A stretch of DNA of 64,000 nt from an uncultured bacterium (GTDB taxonomy: Bacteria > Oederibacteriota > Oederibacteriia > Oederibacteriales > Oederibacteriaceae): contig OZ218778.1 of the NCBI GenBank assembly GCA_965112635.1, forward strand, positions 736,001 through 800,000, written 5' to 3'. How positions within the stretch are numbered: the stretch's first letter is position 1; each line of letters begins with the position of its first letter. The notes under the pieces were generated by a model that ran no database searches, had not been told where the DNA came from, and saw only the letters and a program-made list of their open reading frames with translations. Positions 40,081 through 51,013 of the stretch are shown one piece after another. A program made the position numbers and the translations under genes.

Positions 40081-41502
40081 TTAGCGATTTGCCCCGAGAC
40101 TTTTGGTGAGATTTTGCATGAGTTGGTTGAAAGAAGGGTCGGCCTCGATCTTTTTCATGACTTGTTTGATCGCGTACATGACCGTGGTGTGGTCCCGACC
40201 ACCGAAATAGGAGCCTGTGTCCGGTAAAGACAAGTTGGTGAGTTCCCGGACCAGGTACATAGCTATTTGGCGGGGCAAGACCACGTGCGAAGTCCGCCTG
40301 TTGTTTTCGAGTTCTCCCGGAGCCAGACTGAAATGGGAGCTGACGGCCTTTTTGATGTCATCGACGGACACTGATTTTTGTTCAGGCGGGACCATGTCTT
40401 TGAGAGCAGCCTCTGCCAGGGGCAGGGAAAGCTCTTTTTTAAGCAGGTCGGACATGGCCACGATTCTGTTGAGAGACCCTTCCAGCAGGCGCACATTATG
40501 CTTGAATTTAGAGGCGATATAGATGTAAACCTCTTCAGGAACCGTCAAATAATAGTATTCCCTCTGGGCGATCTTTTTGAGGATGGCCAGGCGCGTTTCA
40601 TAGTCCGGAGGCTGGATATCCGCGGAAAGGCCCATGGAAAAACGGGATTGCAGCCTCTCGGCGATCTTGATCTCCCTGACCGGGCGGTCGGCGGTGCAGA
40701 CGATCTGCCGGTGGGAGTCAAAAAGGGTGTTAAAAGTGTGGAAAAGCTCTTCCTGCAGGCCCTCTTTGTTCTCCAGGAACTGGATGTCGTCGATGAGCAG
40801 GATGTCCGTCTTGCGGAACTTTTCACGGAAATTTTCCATCCGGTTGAAGCGGATGCCGTTGACGTATTCATTTAAAAATTGTTCCGTGGTGATGTAGTTG
40901 ATGCGCGCAGAGCTGTTTTGTTCCTGCATCCTCCTCACGATGGCATGGAGCAGATGGGTCTTGCCCAGCCCGACCCCTCCATAGATGACCAGCGGGTTGT
41001 AGGATTTGGCCGGCGATTCCGCGACCGCCAGGCAGGCGGCGTGGGCATAGCGGTTGCTGTCGCCCACGACGAAATTCTCAAAAGTATACTTTGGATTAGG
41101 CTTAAACGCCGATCCCTCTTTGTCTTTGGACGATCTGAGCTGTATCTCTTTGTCGCCGAGGGATATTTTGGAGGGCCTGACGGCCGGGAAAAAAGAATCC
41201 ATCTGCTTCTTCTGTTCTTCGTAGGAGAGCGAAATCACCAGAGAAAGCTCTATGGCGGGATATCCGGCGCGGAGGAGCTCTGCTTTGATGAGGGGCGCGT
41301 AAACTTTGGCGATCCTGTTCTTGAAATACAGGTTGGGGACCTGGAGCGTCATGGTGTTGTTCTCGATTTGGATGAGCTCCAGCGGTTTGAACCAGCTCTC
41401 AAAGACCCTGGGTTCAACCCGTGGTTGGACGGAGTCCAAAATTTTATTCCACAAAGCTTGCGGTGTGATTGTCAGATTGTTGGTGGCCATAATTTCCGTC
41501 AT
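40081..41502 (-). CDS. dnaA: Chromosomal replication initiator DnaA
   Basis: YNPLVIYGGVGLGKTHL, LIDDIQF, GGRDHTTV. Confidence 0.98.
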   Translation of the reverse strand: MTEIMATNNLTITPQALWNKILDSVQPRVEPRVFESWFKPLELIQIENNTMTLQVPNLYFKNRIAKVYAPLIKAELLRAGYPAIELSLVISLSYEEQKKQMDSFFPAVRPSKISLGDKEIQLRSSKDKEGSAFKPNPKYTFENFVVGDSNRYAHAACLAVAESPAKSYNPLVIYGGVGLGKTHLLHAIVRRMQEQNSSARINYITTEQFLNEYVNGIRFNRMENFREKFRKTDILLIDDIQFLENKEGLQEELFHTFNTLFDSHRQIVCTADRPVREIKIAERLQSRFSMGLSADIQPPDYETRLAILKKIAQREYYYLTVPEEVYIYIASKFKHNVRLLEGSLNRIVAMSDLLKKELSLPLAEAALKDMVPPEQKSVSVDDIKKAVSSHFSLAPGELENNRRTSHVVLPRQIAMYLVRELTNLSLPDTGSYFGGRDHTTVMYAIKQVMKKIEADPSFNQLMQNLTKSLGANR

Positions 41503-41814
41503 AAAAAAGCTTGAAATTAAAAGAGATATTTAACGACACCCTGACCTAGTCTTTAAAACGCTTTTGATTTCAGATCAGGCGTTATTGCTGAAAAAAAAGC
41601 ACATTAAAAAAATATTTTGTCTTAAAATAGCTTCGAAGGTAATCGCAGAGTATAGCACTCTCGGTTGGCAATGCAACCTATTTGGAAGAAAAGCTGGAAA
41701 ATAGTTATCATGGTCCGCGCGCTTTTAATTGACCAAACGCGAACGAGTAAGTTAAGATTTTAGACCTTGAAGGATTTATAAACAACTCCAAGGCAAGACA
41801 GAAGGAGATCGAAC

Positions 41815-41949
41815 ATGAAAAGGACCTATCAGCCTAATGTAAGACACCGCAAAAAAGTTCACGGTTTTAGGAAGCGCATGAGCTCTACCGGAGGACAGCG
41901 GGTGCTTCGCTCAAGAAGGCGCAAGGGGAGGAAGCGGCTGTCCGCGTAA
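41815..41949 (+). CDS. rpmH: 50S ribosomal protein L34 (not in ORF track)
   Basis: [44 protein letters not shown]; AAGGAG RBS. Confidence 0.97.
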   Translation: MKRTYQPNVRHRKKVHGFRKRMSSTGGQRVLRSRRRKGRKRLSA

Positions 41950-41967
41950 CGGCGGAGCTGGAATAAT

Positions 41968-42324
41968 TTGCCGAAGACAAACAAGACCTTCCGGGCTGTG
42001 GAGCCGCCTCAAAGCTCAGCGGAGTTCCTGAGGATTATCAAACAGGGGAAGAAGACCGGCTCTCCATATTATTCCCTCTATGTTCTGCTCCCCCAGGAAG
42101 ACCTCCGGGTCGGCCTTTCCATCGGCAGGTTGGTCGGCATTGCCGTGGTCAGGAACAGGCTCAAACGAGTTTTGCGGGAAGCGTACCGCTTGAACCAAAA
42201 GCGCATGAAGACCGGTTGGTATTTGGTCGTGGTCAAAAAACCTGCCGCACAGCTTTCCTCGCGAGATTTATTATCGAACCTCTACTCACTCTGGGACCAG
42301 GCGGGCATTCTGGAAAAGTCATAA
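41968..42324 (+). CDS. rnpA: RNase P protein component
   Basis: RVGLSIGRLVGIAVVRNRLKRVLRE (RNR motif); synteny. Confidence 0.92.
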   Translation: MPKTNKTFRAVEPPQSSAEFLRIIKQGKKTGSPYYSLYVLLPQEDLRVGLSIGRLVGIAVVRNRLKRVLREAYRLNQKRMKTGWYLVVVKKPAAQLSSRDLLSNLYSLWDQAGILEKS

Positions 42325-42373
42325 CGCGCGATAAGGGTTTTTTTTAAAACTTAATATATATTAAGGAAGCTCG

Positions 42374-42625
42374 ATGAAATTTATTCTGAGACTCATGATC
42401 AGAGGTTATCAGCGCCACCTCTCCCCTTTCCTGGCTCCGGCCTGCCGCTTCACCCCAACCTGCTCGTGTTACGCGGACGAGGCTTTGGAAAAGTTCGGCG
42501 TTTTTAAAGGCGGCGTTCTGGCGCTCAGGCGGATCCTGCGCTGCCATCCTTTTTGCGCGGGCGGCGTGGACCCGGTACCGGCCACGGGACAGAAAAGAGT
42601 TTTGAAAAAAGCGGAAGCGAGGTAA
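42374..42625 (+). CDS. yidD: Membrane protein insertion efficiency factor
   Basis: CRFTPTCS.Y...[14 protein letters not shown]. Confidence 0.95.
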   Translation: MKFILRLMIRGYQRHLSPFLAPACRFTPTCSCYADEALEKFGVFKGGVLALRRILRCHPFCAGGVDPVPATGQKRVLKKAEAR

Positions 42626-44218
42626 ATGATGGAAAAACGGATTGTGATTTTCGTGGTATTCGCCTTTTTAGTGCTGATGTGGTCCTCGATGAGCCGGCAG
42701 ACCGCGCCGGTCAGACGGCCCGGAGCAACCTCCCCTCAAGCGGTCCAGCCCACGGTCACAGCCGTTCCGGCGGCGGCAGCCCTGAACACTCCCGGCCCCA
42801 AGACAGCAGAAAAGACCATGGAGTTCGAGGCCGAGCCCTTTACCGCCACCATCGCCACGCGGAGCGGCGTCCTGCAAAAGTTCATCCTTAAGAAGTATTT
42901 AGCCGACAAAAATCCCATTGACCTCTGCCCTGATAGCAGTGCCGCCAACGGCCTGGCCTGCGCCAATCTGGCCCTAAGGTCAGATTCGCTGGCTGCCCCC
43001 CTGGATTTCACGGTCGAACAGTCGTCTCCCCAGCAGCTGGTCTTGAAAGCCAAGACAGGCATCAAATCCCTGTGGGTCAGGAAAACGTTTGCCTTTGACA
43101 ACAAGGATTATTTGTTCAGCTACAAGATCTCTTTCCAAAACACCAGCCAGCAGGCCGTGGATGTGCCTTCTTTTTATGTCGACCTGGGGCCGGGCATCGG
43201 GACCTTTAAAAACGAGAACAATTTGATCACCGCCGTGACCAAAATAGGCGACAGCGTGAACCGTTCGGTCTGGGGCACCAGCTTTTTGATGGGCGCGGGC
43301 AGGTTCCTCGGCCTGGTCACCGGGCCGGAGCCGACCTTTAAAGAGACCCGGATGGACGGCAAAGTCGCCTTGGCGGCCTTAAAAAGCAGGTATTTCGGCC
43401 TAGCGCTTATCCCGGATTTTTTCACCACCGGCGCGCTTATCGTAACGCGGCCGGGCAACGCTACGCAGGTCTCGGTCGGGCTTCCTCCTTTTAAACTGCC
43501 GGCCAGAGGCGTCCAGGAGTTCTCCTTCCAGGTCTTTGGCGGGCCCCTGGGGTATTCCCATCTCAAATCCCTGCATCTTTCCCTGGAAAACATGGTGGAC
43601 CTGGGCTATTTCAGCTCCATCGCGGTGATCATGCTCTACACCCTGGAGTTCTTCAACCACATCACCCACAATTACGGCCTGGCCATCATCCTCCTGACCA
43701 TTTTGGTCAAGTTCATCCTGTGGTGGCCGACGCAGAAAAGTTTTGAGTCGATGCGGAAGATGCAAAGGCTCCAGCCCCAGATCAACGCCCTCAAGGCCAA
43801 ATACAAGGACGACTCCACAAAACTGAACGCGGAGACCATGAAACTTTTCAAGGAACAAAAAGTCAATCCCATGGGAGGATGCCTGCCCATGCTCATCCAG
43901 ATGCCGGTCTTTTTCGCCCTGTACCTGACCCTGTCCAGTTCCATCCAGCTGAGAGGCGCGCCCTTCTGCCTTTGGATCCAGGACCTGTCCGTCAAAGACC
44001 CATATTTCGTCCTGCCCATCCTGATGGGGGTGACCATGCTCCTGCAACAGTGGATGTCCTCGCCGGACCCGGCGCAGTTCAAGAGCACGCTGTGGCTTCC
44101 CCTGATCTTCATGGCGACCTTTTTCTGGCTGCCCTCGGGGGTCCTGCTCTACTGGGTGGTGCAGAATATCCTGTCCGTGGGACAGCAGGCGCTTATCAAT
44201 AGAAAACAAACTGTATAA
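42626..44218 (+). CDS. yidC: Membrane protein insertase YidC
   Basis: NYGLAIILLT, NPMGGCLPMLIQMP, WIQDLS..DP. Confidence 0.95.
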   Translation: MMEKRIVIFVVFAFLVLMWSSMSRQTAPVRRPGATSPQAVQPTVTAVPAAAALNTPGPKTAEKTMEFEAEPFTATIATRSGVLQKFILKKYLADKNPIDLCPDSSAANGLACANLALRSDSLAAPLDFTVEQSSPQQLVLKAKTGIKSLWVRKTFAFDNKDYLFSYKISFQNTSQQAVDVPSFYVDLGPGIGTFKNENNLITAVTKIGDSVNRSVWGTSFLMGAGRFLGLVTGPEPTFKETRMDGKVALAALKSRYFGLALIPDFFTTGALIVTRPGNATQVSVGLPPFKLPARGVQEFSFQVFGGPLGYSHLKSLHLSLENMVDLGYFSSIAVIMLYTLEFFNHITHNYGLAIILLTILVKFILWWPTQKSFESMRKMQRLQPQINALKAKYKDDSTKLNAETMKLFKEQKVNPMGGCLPMLIQMPVFFALYLTLSSSIQLRGAPFCLWIQDLSVKDPYFVLPILMGVTMLLQQWMSSPDPAQFKSTLWLPLIFMATFFWLPSGVLLYWVVQNILSVGQQALINRKQTV

Positions 44219-44231
44219 GGAGGAGAGCCCG

Positions 44232-44879
44232 ATGAGATCCGTGGAGAAAGAAGGCAAGACCGTGGAAGAGGCCGTAGAGCTGGCGTTGCAGGAGCTCGGG
44301 GCTACAAAAGAGGAAGTGGTCGTGGAGATCGTGGAAGAAGGCAGCAAGGGGCTGTTCGGCCTGGTCGGCAGTAAAAAAGCCAAGGTCAAGGTCTCGGTCC
44401 AGACCGAAGGGATCAAAAAAGCGGAGGAGGTCACCAAAAAGATGCTGGACCTGATGGGGCTGACCTCGGAGGTCAAGGTCTCCATCCAGGACGACCATAT
44501 GTATGTGGAGATCGCAGGAAATTACGGCGGGCTTTTGATCGGCAAAAAAGGTGAGACTCTTTCAGCCCTGCAGTATATCGTCAGCCGCCTGGTCAACCGC
44601 GGCGAAGAGGGCAATCCCTATCGGGTGGTGGTGGACGCCGAAGGTTACCGCAAGCGCCGGGAAGCCAAACTCATAGACATGGCCAGAAAGAGCGCGGAGA
44701 TGGTCAAATCCTCGGGCCGGGAAATGCTCATCGACCCCATGCCCGCGTTCGAGCGGCGCTTGATCCACATGCTGTTAAAGGACGACCCGGACGTCAAGAC
44801 AGAGAGCCGGGGTGAAGGCGCTTTTAGGCAGGTGGTGATCCTGCCGGCCAACCCAGGGGAAGTAAACGGGAATAAGTAG
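44232..44879 (+). CDS. jag: Jag/EloR (KhpB) RNA-binding protein
   Basis: GKTVEEAV Jag_N, LIGKKGETL KH domain, ERRLIH R3H. Confidence 0.93.
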   Translation: MRSVEKEGKTVEEAVELALQELGATKEEVVVEIVEEGSKGLFGLVGSKKAKVKVSVQTEGIKKAEEVTKKMLDLMGLTSEVKVSIQDDHMYVEIAGNYGGLLIGKKGETLSALQYIVSRLVNRGEEGNPYRVVVDAEGYRKRREAKLIDMARKSAEMVKSSGREMLIDPMPAFERRLIHMLLKDDPDVKTESRGEGAFRQVVILPANPGEVNGNK

Positions 44880-44888
44880 TTTTTCCTT

Positions 44889-45851
44889 TTAAACCAGATG
44901 CTTTTTTACTTCGGCCAATACTTTGGCTCTCACTTCCGTGAGAGACCCCAGGACCGTGCAACCCGAAGCGGCCGGGTGGCCGCCTCCCCCAAAAACCTTG
45001 GAGATCTCCAGGGTGTCCACCTGTCCTTTAGAACGCAAAGAAACTTTGACCTTGGCCGGCCCCACCTCTTTAAACAGTATGCCCACCTGGGCCGTGGCCA
45101 GTGAACGGGGATAATCCACGATATTTTCGGTCTCCCAGTCTTGAGCTCCGGATTTTTTCATCATCTCGACAGTGACCTCGACCCAGGCCACTTTGCCGTC
45201 GCTTTCGGTCTGTAGGGTGGCCAGGGCCAGCCCCTGCAGCTTTACCCGGGAAAGAGGATTTTGTTCCAGCAGGGCGGTGGTCACCTGTTCGGGCTTTAGG
45301 CCGCATCCCACAAGCTCGGCGGCGATGGCCAGGGATTCTTTGGTGGTGTTGCCGTACCTGAACCCTCCGGTGTCCGTGTACAGCGCGGTAAAGAGGCAGG
45401 CCGCGATAGCGGCGTCGATCCTGCCGCCCAGGGCCAAGATGAGGCGGTAGGCCTGTTCCCCGACCGCGGAAACTTTTGGCTCGACCCAGTTGAGGGTGCC
45501 GTAGTTCTCGTTGAAGGCGTGGTGGTCGATGTTGATGACCTGTCCGGCTTGTGTGGCCAGGTCCAAAGGCAGACCCAGGCGGCTCCGGTCAGGGCACTCG
45601 AAGGCAATGATGACATCAAAGCGTTCCGCGGGGCCCACGCTGTCTTTGACCTCGCCGCTACCGGGTAAAAAACGGTACAGGCCCGGCACCCCCTGGTGGT
45701 TGGCGATGGTCACCTGTTTGCCCATTTTTTTCAGGACAGGCGCCAGGGCCAGTTCAGAACCGAGCCCGTCACCGTCGGGGTTGAGATGGGTGGTCAGCAA
45801 AAATGTTTTATTGGCCTTGATCGCTCCGACAATATCGTCCAGGACGCTCAT
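44889..45851 (-). CDS. nrnA: DHH/DHHA1 oligoribonuclease-pAp phosphatase NrnA
   Basis: HLNPDGD, NIDHH, TDTG, GGGHPAASG. Confidence 0.9.
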   Translation of the reverse strand: MSVLDDIVGAIKANKTFLLTTHLNPDGDGLGSELALAPVLKKMGKQVTIANHQGVPGLYRFLPGSGEVKDSVGPAERFDVIIAFECPDRSRLGLPLDLATQAGQVINIDHHAFNENYGTLNWVEPKVSAVGEQAYRLILALGGRIDAAIAACLFTALYTDTGGFRYGNTTKESLAIAAELVGCGLKPEQVTTALLEQNPLSRVKLQGLALATLQTESDGKVAWVEVTVEMMKKSGAQDWETENIVDYPRSLATAQVGILFKEVGPAKVKVSLRSKGQVDTLEISKVFGGGGHPAASGCTVLGSLTEVRAKVLAEVKKHLV

Positions 45852-46288
45852 TTCTTTTTCCTTTTTGGTTTGGCCGTTGCTTTTTTCTTTTTGGTCTTTT
45901 TCCTGGGTTTAACAGCAACTTCATGCGCGTGTTCCTGTTTTTCTTTGTCTATTTGATGCAAGAGGGTCAGGACCCGGGAGCTGTGCTCCAGCGTTTCATC
46001 GAGTTTAAAGAGTATTTCCGGAACGAGCCTTAACCCAAGACGCGGGGCCAGCTGGTGCCGGATAAAACCCGCGGCGCTTTTAAGGCCCGACAAGCTGTTC
46101 TCCTTGGCCTGTTCGTCGCCTAAAATGCTGATAAAGATCTTGGCTTGACGCAGGTCGTCCGTCACTTCCACTTTGGTGACCGTCACAAACCCGATGCGGG
46201 GGTCCGTGACCTCGGTCCGCAGGATATTCATGACCTCTTCGTGGATCAGGGATTCCACCCGGTCTTTTCTTTTGAAACCGAATTCCAT
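45848..46288 (-). CDS. rbfA: Ribosome-binding factor A (start ATG 46288)
   Basis: DPRIGFVTVTKVEVTDDL...SAAGFIR...VPEILFKLD. Confidence 0.95.
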   Translation of the reverse strand: MEFGFKRKDRVESLIHEEVMNILRTEVTDPRIGFVTVTKVEVTDDLRQAKIFISILGDEQAKENSLSGLKSAAGFIRHQLAPRLGLRLVPEILFKLDETLEHSSRVLTLLHQIDKEKQEHAHEVAVKPRKKTKKKKATAKPKRKKK

Positions 46289-46298
46289 GGCTGTCCTT

Positions 46299-46580
46299 TC
46301 ACAAATATGTGATGTGGGTGTCCAAAAGTTCCGCCATGCCGGACTGCTCCACAAGGCTCGCGGCGTGCGACAGGGTCCGGTCCGCGAAGGCCTGGCTGGT
46401 GTTGACATGCACGACCGCCAGGGAGGCCCGCTGCCAGGTGTCCCGTTCAGAGACTTCGGCGCAGGAGACGTTGAACCGGCTGCTCAGCCGGTCCAAAAGG
46501 CTTTTGACGATCCGGCGTTTTTCTTTCAGGGAGTTGGATTCCGCAAGGAAAAGTTCGATCGTTAACAGGCCCACTACCAT
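46299..46580 (-). CDS. DUF503 (YlxP-like) protein
   Basis: MVVGLL...SLKEKRRIVKSL...FNVSCAEV...DTWQ. Confidence 0.9.
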   Translation of the reverse strand: MVVGLLTIELFLAESNSLKEKRRIVKSLLDRLSSRFNVSCAEVSERDTWQRASLAVVHVNTSQAFADRTLSHAASLVEQSGMAELLDTHITYL

Positions 46581-46618
46581 GTTGGTTCGCTCACCCGTCT
46601 CCACCGGATTGACGGAAC

Positions 46619-48958
46619 TCAGGACAATTTCTGGATCACGGTCTCCGTCACGAAAGATTCTATAAAATCGCCGATCCGCAAGTCCGATAGCCCGTCGATC
46701 CTGATCCCGCACTCGAACCCGGCCGCCACCTCGGACACATCGTCCTTAAAGCGTTTCAGTGAGGCCAGCTTGCCTTCAAAGGCCACCTCACCGCTGCGGG
46801 CAACTTTCATCTGGCCCGAACGGGTGATCTTGCCGGCCGTCACATAGCAGCCGGCCACGGTGCCTTCCTTGGAGGTCTTGAAGATCTGCCTGACCTCGGC
46901 CCGGCCCACCAGAGTTTCCTTGAAATGGGGCTCCAAAAGGCCTTCCATGGCGGCTTTGACGTCGTTGACAATGTCGTAGATGATGCGGTAGAACCTCACG
47001 TCCACCTTTTCCCGGGCCACGACGGTCTGTGCCTGGGGCTCGGTCTTGACGTTGAATCCCACGATGATAGCGTTGGCGGCGGAGGCCAGCATCACATCGC
47101 TTTCCGTGATGTTGCCCACCCCGCCGTAGACCACGTGCAGTTTGACCTTTTCGTTGCTCAGGGCCTCGAGGGAGTGCCTCAAAACCTCCACGGACCCGCT
47201 CACGTCGGCCTTGATGATGATCTTCAGCTCCTTGATCTTGCCCTGCTGGATCTGGCTGTAGAGGTCGTCCAAGGTGATGCGTTTGCCGAGAGAAAGTTCG
47301 TGCTCTTTGGCCTGTTCCTGGCGTTTGGCGGCGATGTAACGCCCCATTTTCTCGTTGACCAGGACCTGGACCTTGTCCCCGGCCTGGGGGATGCCGGAGA
47401 GCCCCAGAATCTCCACTGGAGTGGCCGGCCCGGCTGAAAGGAGGCGCTGGCCGTGCTCGTTGGCCAGGGCCCTCACCTTGCCGTAGCACGCTCCGGCGAT
47501 AAAGGTGTCGCCGACCTTCAGGGTGCCTTTTTCCACCAGGATGGTGGCCACGGGGCCGCGGTTTTTGTCCAGCTTGGCCTCGATGACCGTGCCTTTGGCG
47601 GGCGCGTGGGGGTTAGCCTTGAGTTCCAGCATTTCGGCTTCCAGCAAGAGCATTTCCAAAAGCTTGTCCAGGTTGAGTTTTTTTTTGGCGGAGACCTCCA
47701 CCATGATGGTCTTGCCTCCCCAGTCCTCGGGCATCAGGCCGTGATCGGAAAGCTGCTGCTTGATGCGGTTGATGTTGACGCCTTCCTTGTCGATCTTGTT
47801 GATGGCCACCATGATGGGCGTCTTGGAGGACTGGGCGTGGTGGATGGCCTCGATCGTCTGGGGCATGACCCCGTCGTCCGCGGCCACGACCAGCACGATG
47901 ACATCCGTGATGCTAGCGCCCCTGGCCCGCATGGCCGTAAAAGCCTCGTGGCCCGGAGTGTCCAAGAAAACCACGTCGCCCTTGTTGGGCAGACTCACTT
48001 TATAGGCGCCGATGTGCTGGGTGATGCCGCCGGCCTCTCCCGCGGTCACGTTGGTCATGCGGATGGCGTCCAAAAGCGAGGTCTTGCCGTGGTCCACGTG
48101 GCCCATGATGGTCACGACCGGAGCGCGCGGCTTTAAGTCCGCAGGGTTGTCTTTTTCATCTTCAGCGAGTTCAAAAGCTTCTCCGTAATAAGGGACAAAA
48201 TCGAGTTCATAGCCGTTCTCGGAAGCGATCAAGTTGGCCACATCCACGTCCAGTTTCTGGTTGAGCGTGGCCATGATGCCCTGGCTGATGAGTTTTTTGA
48301 TGAGTTCCACGGGCCGCAGGTTGACCTTCTGGGCCAGCTGGCTGACGGTCACGCCTTCGGGGACTTTGACCCTTTTTAATATTTTCGGGGCTGCCGCAGG
48401 AGCGGCCGGGGCCTCGGGCTCTTTTTCAGCCACGGCCGTGGCCGTGGTCTTGACCGGTTCAGGCGCCAGCGGAGCGGTTTGAACGGGTTCTGGTTTTTTT
48501 TCTTTGATGATAAGTTCAGGCGCGGGCTTGGCCGGAGCAGCAGGTTTGACCGCTTGTTTTGGCACAGCTGGCTTGGCTTCTATTACTTTTTCTATTTTTT
48601 CGGGGACTTTTGCAGCCACTTTTTCAGCAACTTTTTCAGGTTGGGTCTTGGCCGGATGAGGATGGGCCGCTTTGACCGCGGGTTTGGCCGGCTCCGCTGC
48701 CTTTTCCGCCTTGGGCGCGTGGGGTTTCTCGGCTTTTTCCGCGTGCGGCTTTTCTGCAGGGGGCTTGGCGGGATGGGCCGCTTTGGCCGCGTGTTTGGCC
48801 GGAGCCAGATGGCTCATCAGCTTGGCGGCGTCTTCATCGGTCAGGACAGCCATATGGCTTTTTACCTCGATGCCCAGCTTGGCCAGCTTGTCCATCAGGT
48901 CCTTGCTGGACAGACCAAGTTCTTTGGCGAGCGTAAAAACCCTTTTATGGCTATCCAC
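46619..48958 (-). CDS. infB: Translation initiation factor IF-2
   Basis: [33 protein letters not shown]. Confidence 0.98.
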   Translation of the reverse strand: MDSHKRVFTLAKELGLSSKDLMDKLAKLGIEVKSHMAVLTDEDAAKLMSHLAPAKHAAKAAHPAKPPAEKPHAEKAEKPHAPKAEKAAEPAKPAVKAAHPHPAKTQPEKVAEKVAAKVPEKIEKVIEAKPAVPKQAVKPAAPAKPAPELIIKEKKPEPVQTAPLAPEPVKTTATAVAEKEPEAPAAPAAAPKILKRVKVPEGVTVSQLAQKVNLRPVELIKKLISQGIMATLNQKLDVDVANLIASENGYELDFVPYYGEAFELAEDEKDNPADLKPRAPVVTIMGHVDHGKTSLLDAIRMTNVTAGEAGGITQHIGAYKVSLPNKGDVVFLDTPGHEAFTAMRARGASITDVIVLVVAADDGVMPQTIEAIHHAQSSKTPIMVAINKIDKEGVNINRIKQQLSDHGLMPEDWGGKTIMVEVSAKKKLNLDKLLEMLLLEAEMLELKANPHAPAKGTVIEAKLDKNRGPVATILVEKGTLKVGDTFIAGACYGKVRALANEHGQRLLSAGPATPVEILGLSGIPQAGDKVQVLVNEKMGRYIAAKRQEQAKEHELSLGKRITLDDLYSQIQQGKIKELKIIIKADVSGSVEVLRHSLEALSNEKVKLHVVYGGVGNITESDVMLASAANAIIVGFNVKTEPQAQTVVAREKVDVRFYRIIYDIVNDVKAAMEGLLEPHFKETLVGRAEVRQIFKTSKEGTVAGCYVTAGKITRSGQMKVARSGEVAFEGKLASLKRFKDDVSEVAAGFECGIRIDGLSDLRIGDFIESFVTETVIQKLS

Positions 48959-48960
48959 GC

Positions 48961-50358
48961 TTACATCTCCTTGTTCTCTTTTTCTGTGTCGCTGCTCGCT
49001 TGGTCGGTCTCAGGCTGCGGCGCAACTGCCTCAGCCGCGGGTCCGGCAGCGCCGGCGGACTCCACGCTTAGTTTGGCCTGGGAAAGAATCTGGTTGGCTG
49101 TTTTTTCGCCGATGCCGTCTATTTTGACCAGGTCCTCGACCGTGGCCTGGCTCAGATCAACGGCGGAACGGTATCCGGCCGCGATGAGTTTCAAGGCTGT
49201 TTTGGTGCCCATATCCAGCCCTTCGATCGTCTTGGGCGATTTGGCCGGTTCGGCCGCCTCCCCTGCGGGCTCGGGGCTGGCCGGGGCCTCCTGCGCCTGC
49301 TGTTCGGCCTCTTGTTTTTTGTAGTCGCTTTCACGCCGGATGTCGATGCGGCAGCCCGTCAACTTGGAAGCCAGACGGGCGTTCTGGCCCTTGCGTCCGA
49401 TGGCCAGCGAAAGCTGGTCGTCGGGGACCAGGATGATGGCCGCTTCTTTTTCGCGGTCGATGAGGATCTGGGTGATCTTGGCCGGGCTCAGGGAGTGGGT
49501 CAAAAACACCACCTGGTCCGGGTTCCACTCCACGATGTCGATTTTTTCGCCCTGGATCTCGCGGATGACCGACTGGACGCGCGAGCCTTTGACCCCGACG
49601 CAGGCGCCCACGGCGTCCACGTGCTGGTCCTCGGTCGTCACGGCGATCTTGGTCCTGGAGCCGGCTTCGCGGGCGATGGCCTTGACCTCGACCACGCCGG
49701 AAGTCATCTCAGGCACTTCCATTTCGAACAGTTTTTTAATGAATAGAGGGTGCGTGCGCGACACGATGACCTGCGCGCCCTTGGCGGATTTTTTGACGCT
49801 CAGGACATAGGCCCGGAGGCGGTCGCCGGAGCGGAAATGCTCCTGGTAGACCTGTTCTTTGGCCGGCAGGATGGCGCTGGCCTCCCCCAGGTCGACGATG
49901 ATCTGGTGCGGCTCCACGCGGGAGACCGAACCGTTGACGAGGTCGCCTTCGCGGCCCCGGTACTCCTCGAAAATGTGCTCGCGTTCCGCTTCGCGGACCT
50001 TTTGGAGGACCACCTGCTTGGCGGTCTGGGCGGAAATGCGGCCCAGGTCCAGCTCTTCCAGGGAGATGGCGCCTTCGACCTCTTCGCCGACCTTGGTCTC
50101 GGCGTTGATCTTCAAGGCCTCCTCGAGCGAGATCTCCAGCTTGCCGGTGGGCTGGTCTTCCACGACCTTTTTCTTGACCGTGGCCAGGATCTGGCCGGTC
50201 TCTTCGTTGAAATGGACGCTGATCTTCTGCGCCACGCCGAAATATTTCTTGGAAGCGGACATGAGTGCGCCTTCCACGGCGTTGATCAGGTCTTTTTTGT
50301 CGATATGCCGGCCTCGGCTGATCTGGTCAATGGCTTCGGCCAGCTCGTTCTGTCTCAC
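48961..50358 (-). CDS. nusA: Transcription factor NusA (likely GTG start 50358)
   Basis: [37 protein letters not shown]; AAGGAG RBS before GTG. Confidence 0.96.
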   Translation of the reverse strand: MRQNELAEAIDQISRGRHIDKKDLINAVEGALMSASKKYFGVAQKISVHFNEETGQILATVKKKVVEDQPTGKLEISLEEALKINAETKVGEEVEGAISLEELDLGRISAQTAKQVVLQKVREAEREHIFEEYRGREGDLVNGSVSRVEPHQIIVDLGEASAILPAKEQVYQEHFRSGDRLRAYVLSVKKSAKGAQVIVSRTHPLFIKKLFEMEVPEMTSGVVEVKAIAREAGSRTKIAVTTEDQHVDAVGACVGVKGSRVQSVIREIQGEKIDIVEWNPDQVVFLTHSLSPAKITQILIDREKEAAIILVPDDQLSLAIGRKGQNARLASKLTGCRIDIRRESDYKKQEAEQQAQEAPASPEPAGEAAEPAKSPKTIEGLDMGTKTALKLIAAGYRSAVDLSQATVEDLVKIDGIGEKTANQILSQAKLSVESAGAAGPAAEAVAPQPETDQASSDTEKENKEM

Positions 50359-50359
50359 T

Positions 50360-50845
50360 TTATTGCTCCTTTTCTTTTTCCAGGCCATCCTCGTAATCGA
50401 GGTTGGCCTTGGCGATCATGTCCTGGGGCACCTTGAACTTCTGGCCCTGGTCCTCGAGGACCACGTGGCCTTTTTCCAACCCCAACAGCACGCCTTTGAA
50501 GTTCCTGCGCTCGTCCACGGGTGCGTAAGTATGCACCTGGATCACGCGACCCTTGAACCTCTCAAAATCCGCGTCTTTTTTCAGCGGCCTATCCAGGCCT
50601 GCGGACGAGACCTCTAAAAAATAAGCGCCGTTGATGATCTGCGACGCGTCCAGCATCCGCTCCAGGGCCTGGCTGTATTTTTCACAGTCATCCACCGAGA
50701 CCCCGGCTGGTTTGTCCAGCAGGACCCGGAGGATCCAGCGGCCCCCCTCTTTTTTAAAGGTCAGGTCCACCAGTTCCACACCCTGTTCCTCGGCGAGGGG
50801 CCGGCCAAAACCTGAAACCTGGGCCGTCACGGACAGATCCGGCAT
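50360..50845 (-). CDS. rimP: Ribosome maturation factor RimP
   Basis: GVSVDDC, YFLEVSSAGLDRPL. Confidence 0.95.
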   Translation of the reverse strand: MPDLSVTAQVSGFGRPLAEEQGVELVDLTFKKEGGRWILRVLLDKPAGVSVDDCEKYSQALERMLDASQIINGAYFLEVSSAGLDRPLKKDADFERFKGRVIQVHTYAPVDERRNFKGVLLGLEKGHVVLEDQGQKFKVPQDMIAKANLDYEDGLEKEKEQ

Positions 50846-50884
50846 TTTGCCTCCCTCTCGGGCCCAGAGGCCATATTTCCTTTT

Positions 50885-50920
50885 AAAACACAAAGAGTGG
50901 GCTTGTTGCTCCCACTCTCT
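50885..50920 (-). promoter_or_regulatory. rimP-leader-like hairpin/attenuator
   Basis: agagtggg-N9-cccactct followed by T-rich tract on the minus strand, upstream of rimP. Confidence 0.7.
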
Positions 50921-51013
50921 AAGAGTAAAACTTAATCTAGGAACAATTTAACACACCCCTATAGGCAAAGCAACACATAGTTTTCCAGGCAAAAAGGGGT
51001 AAACGGGGCGCCT

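Noticed and set aside
48400-48800. Ala/Lys/Pro low-complexity repeats in infB
   Set aside because: Ordinary variable IF-2 N-terminal linker
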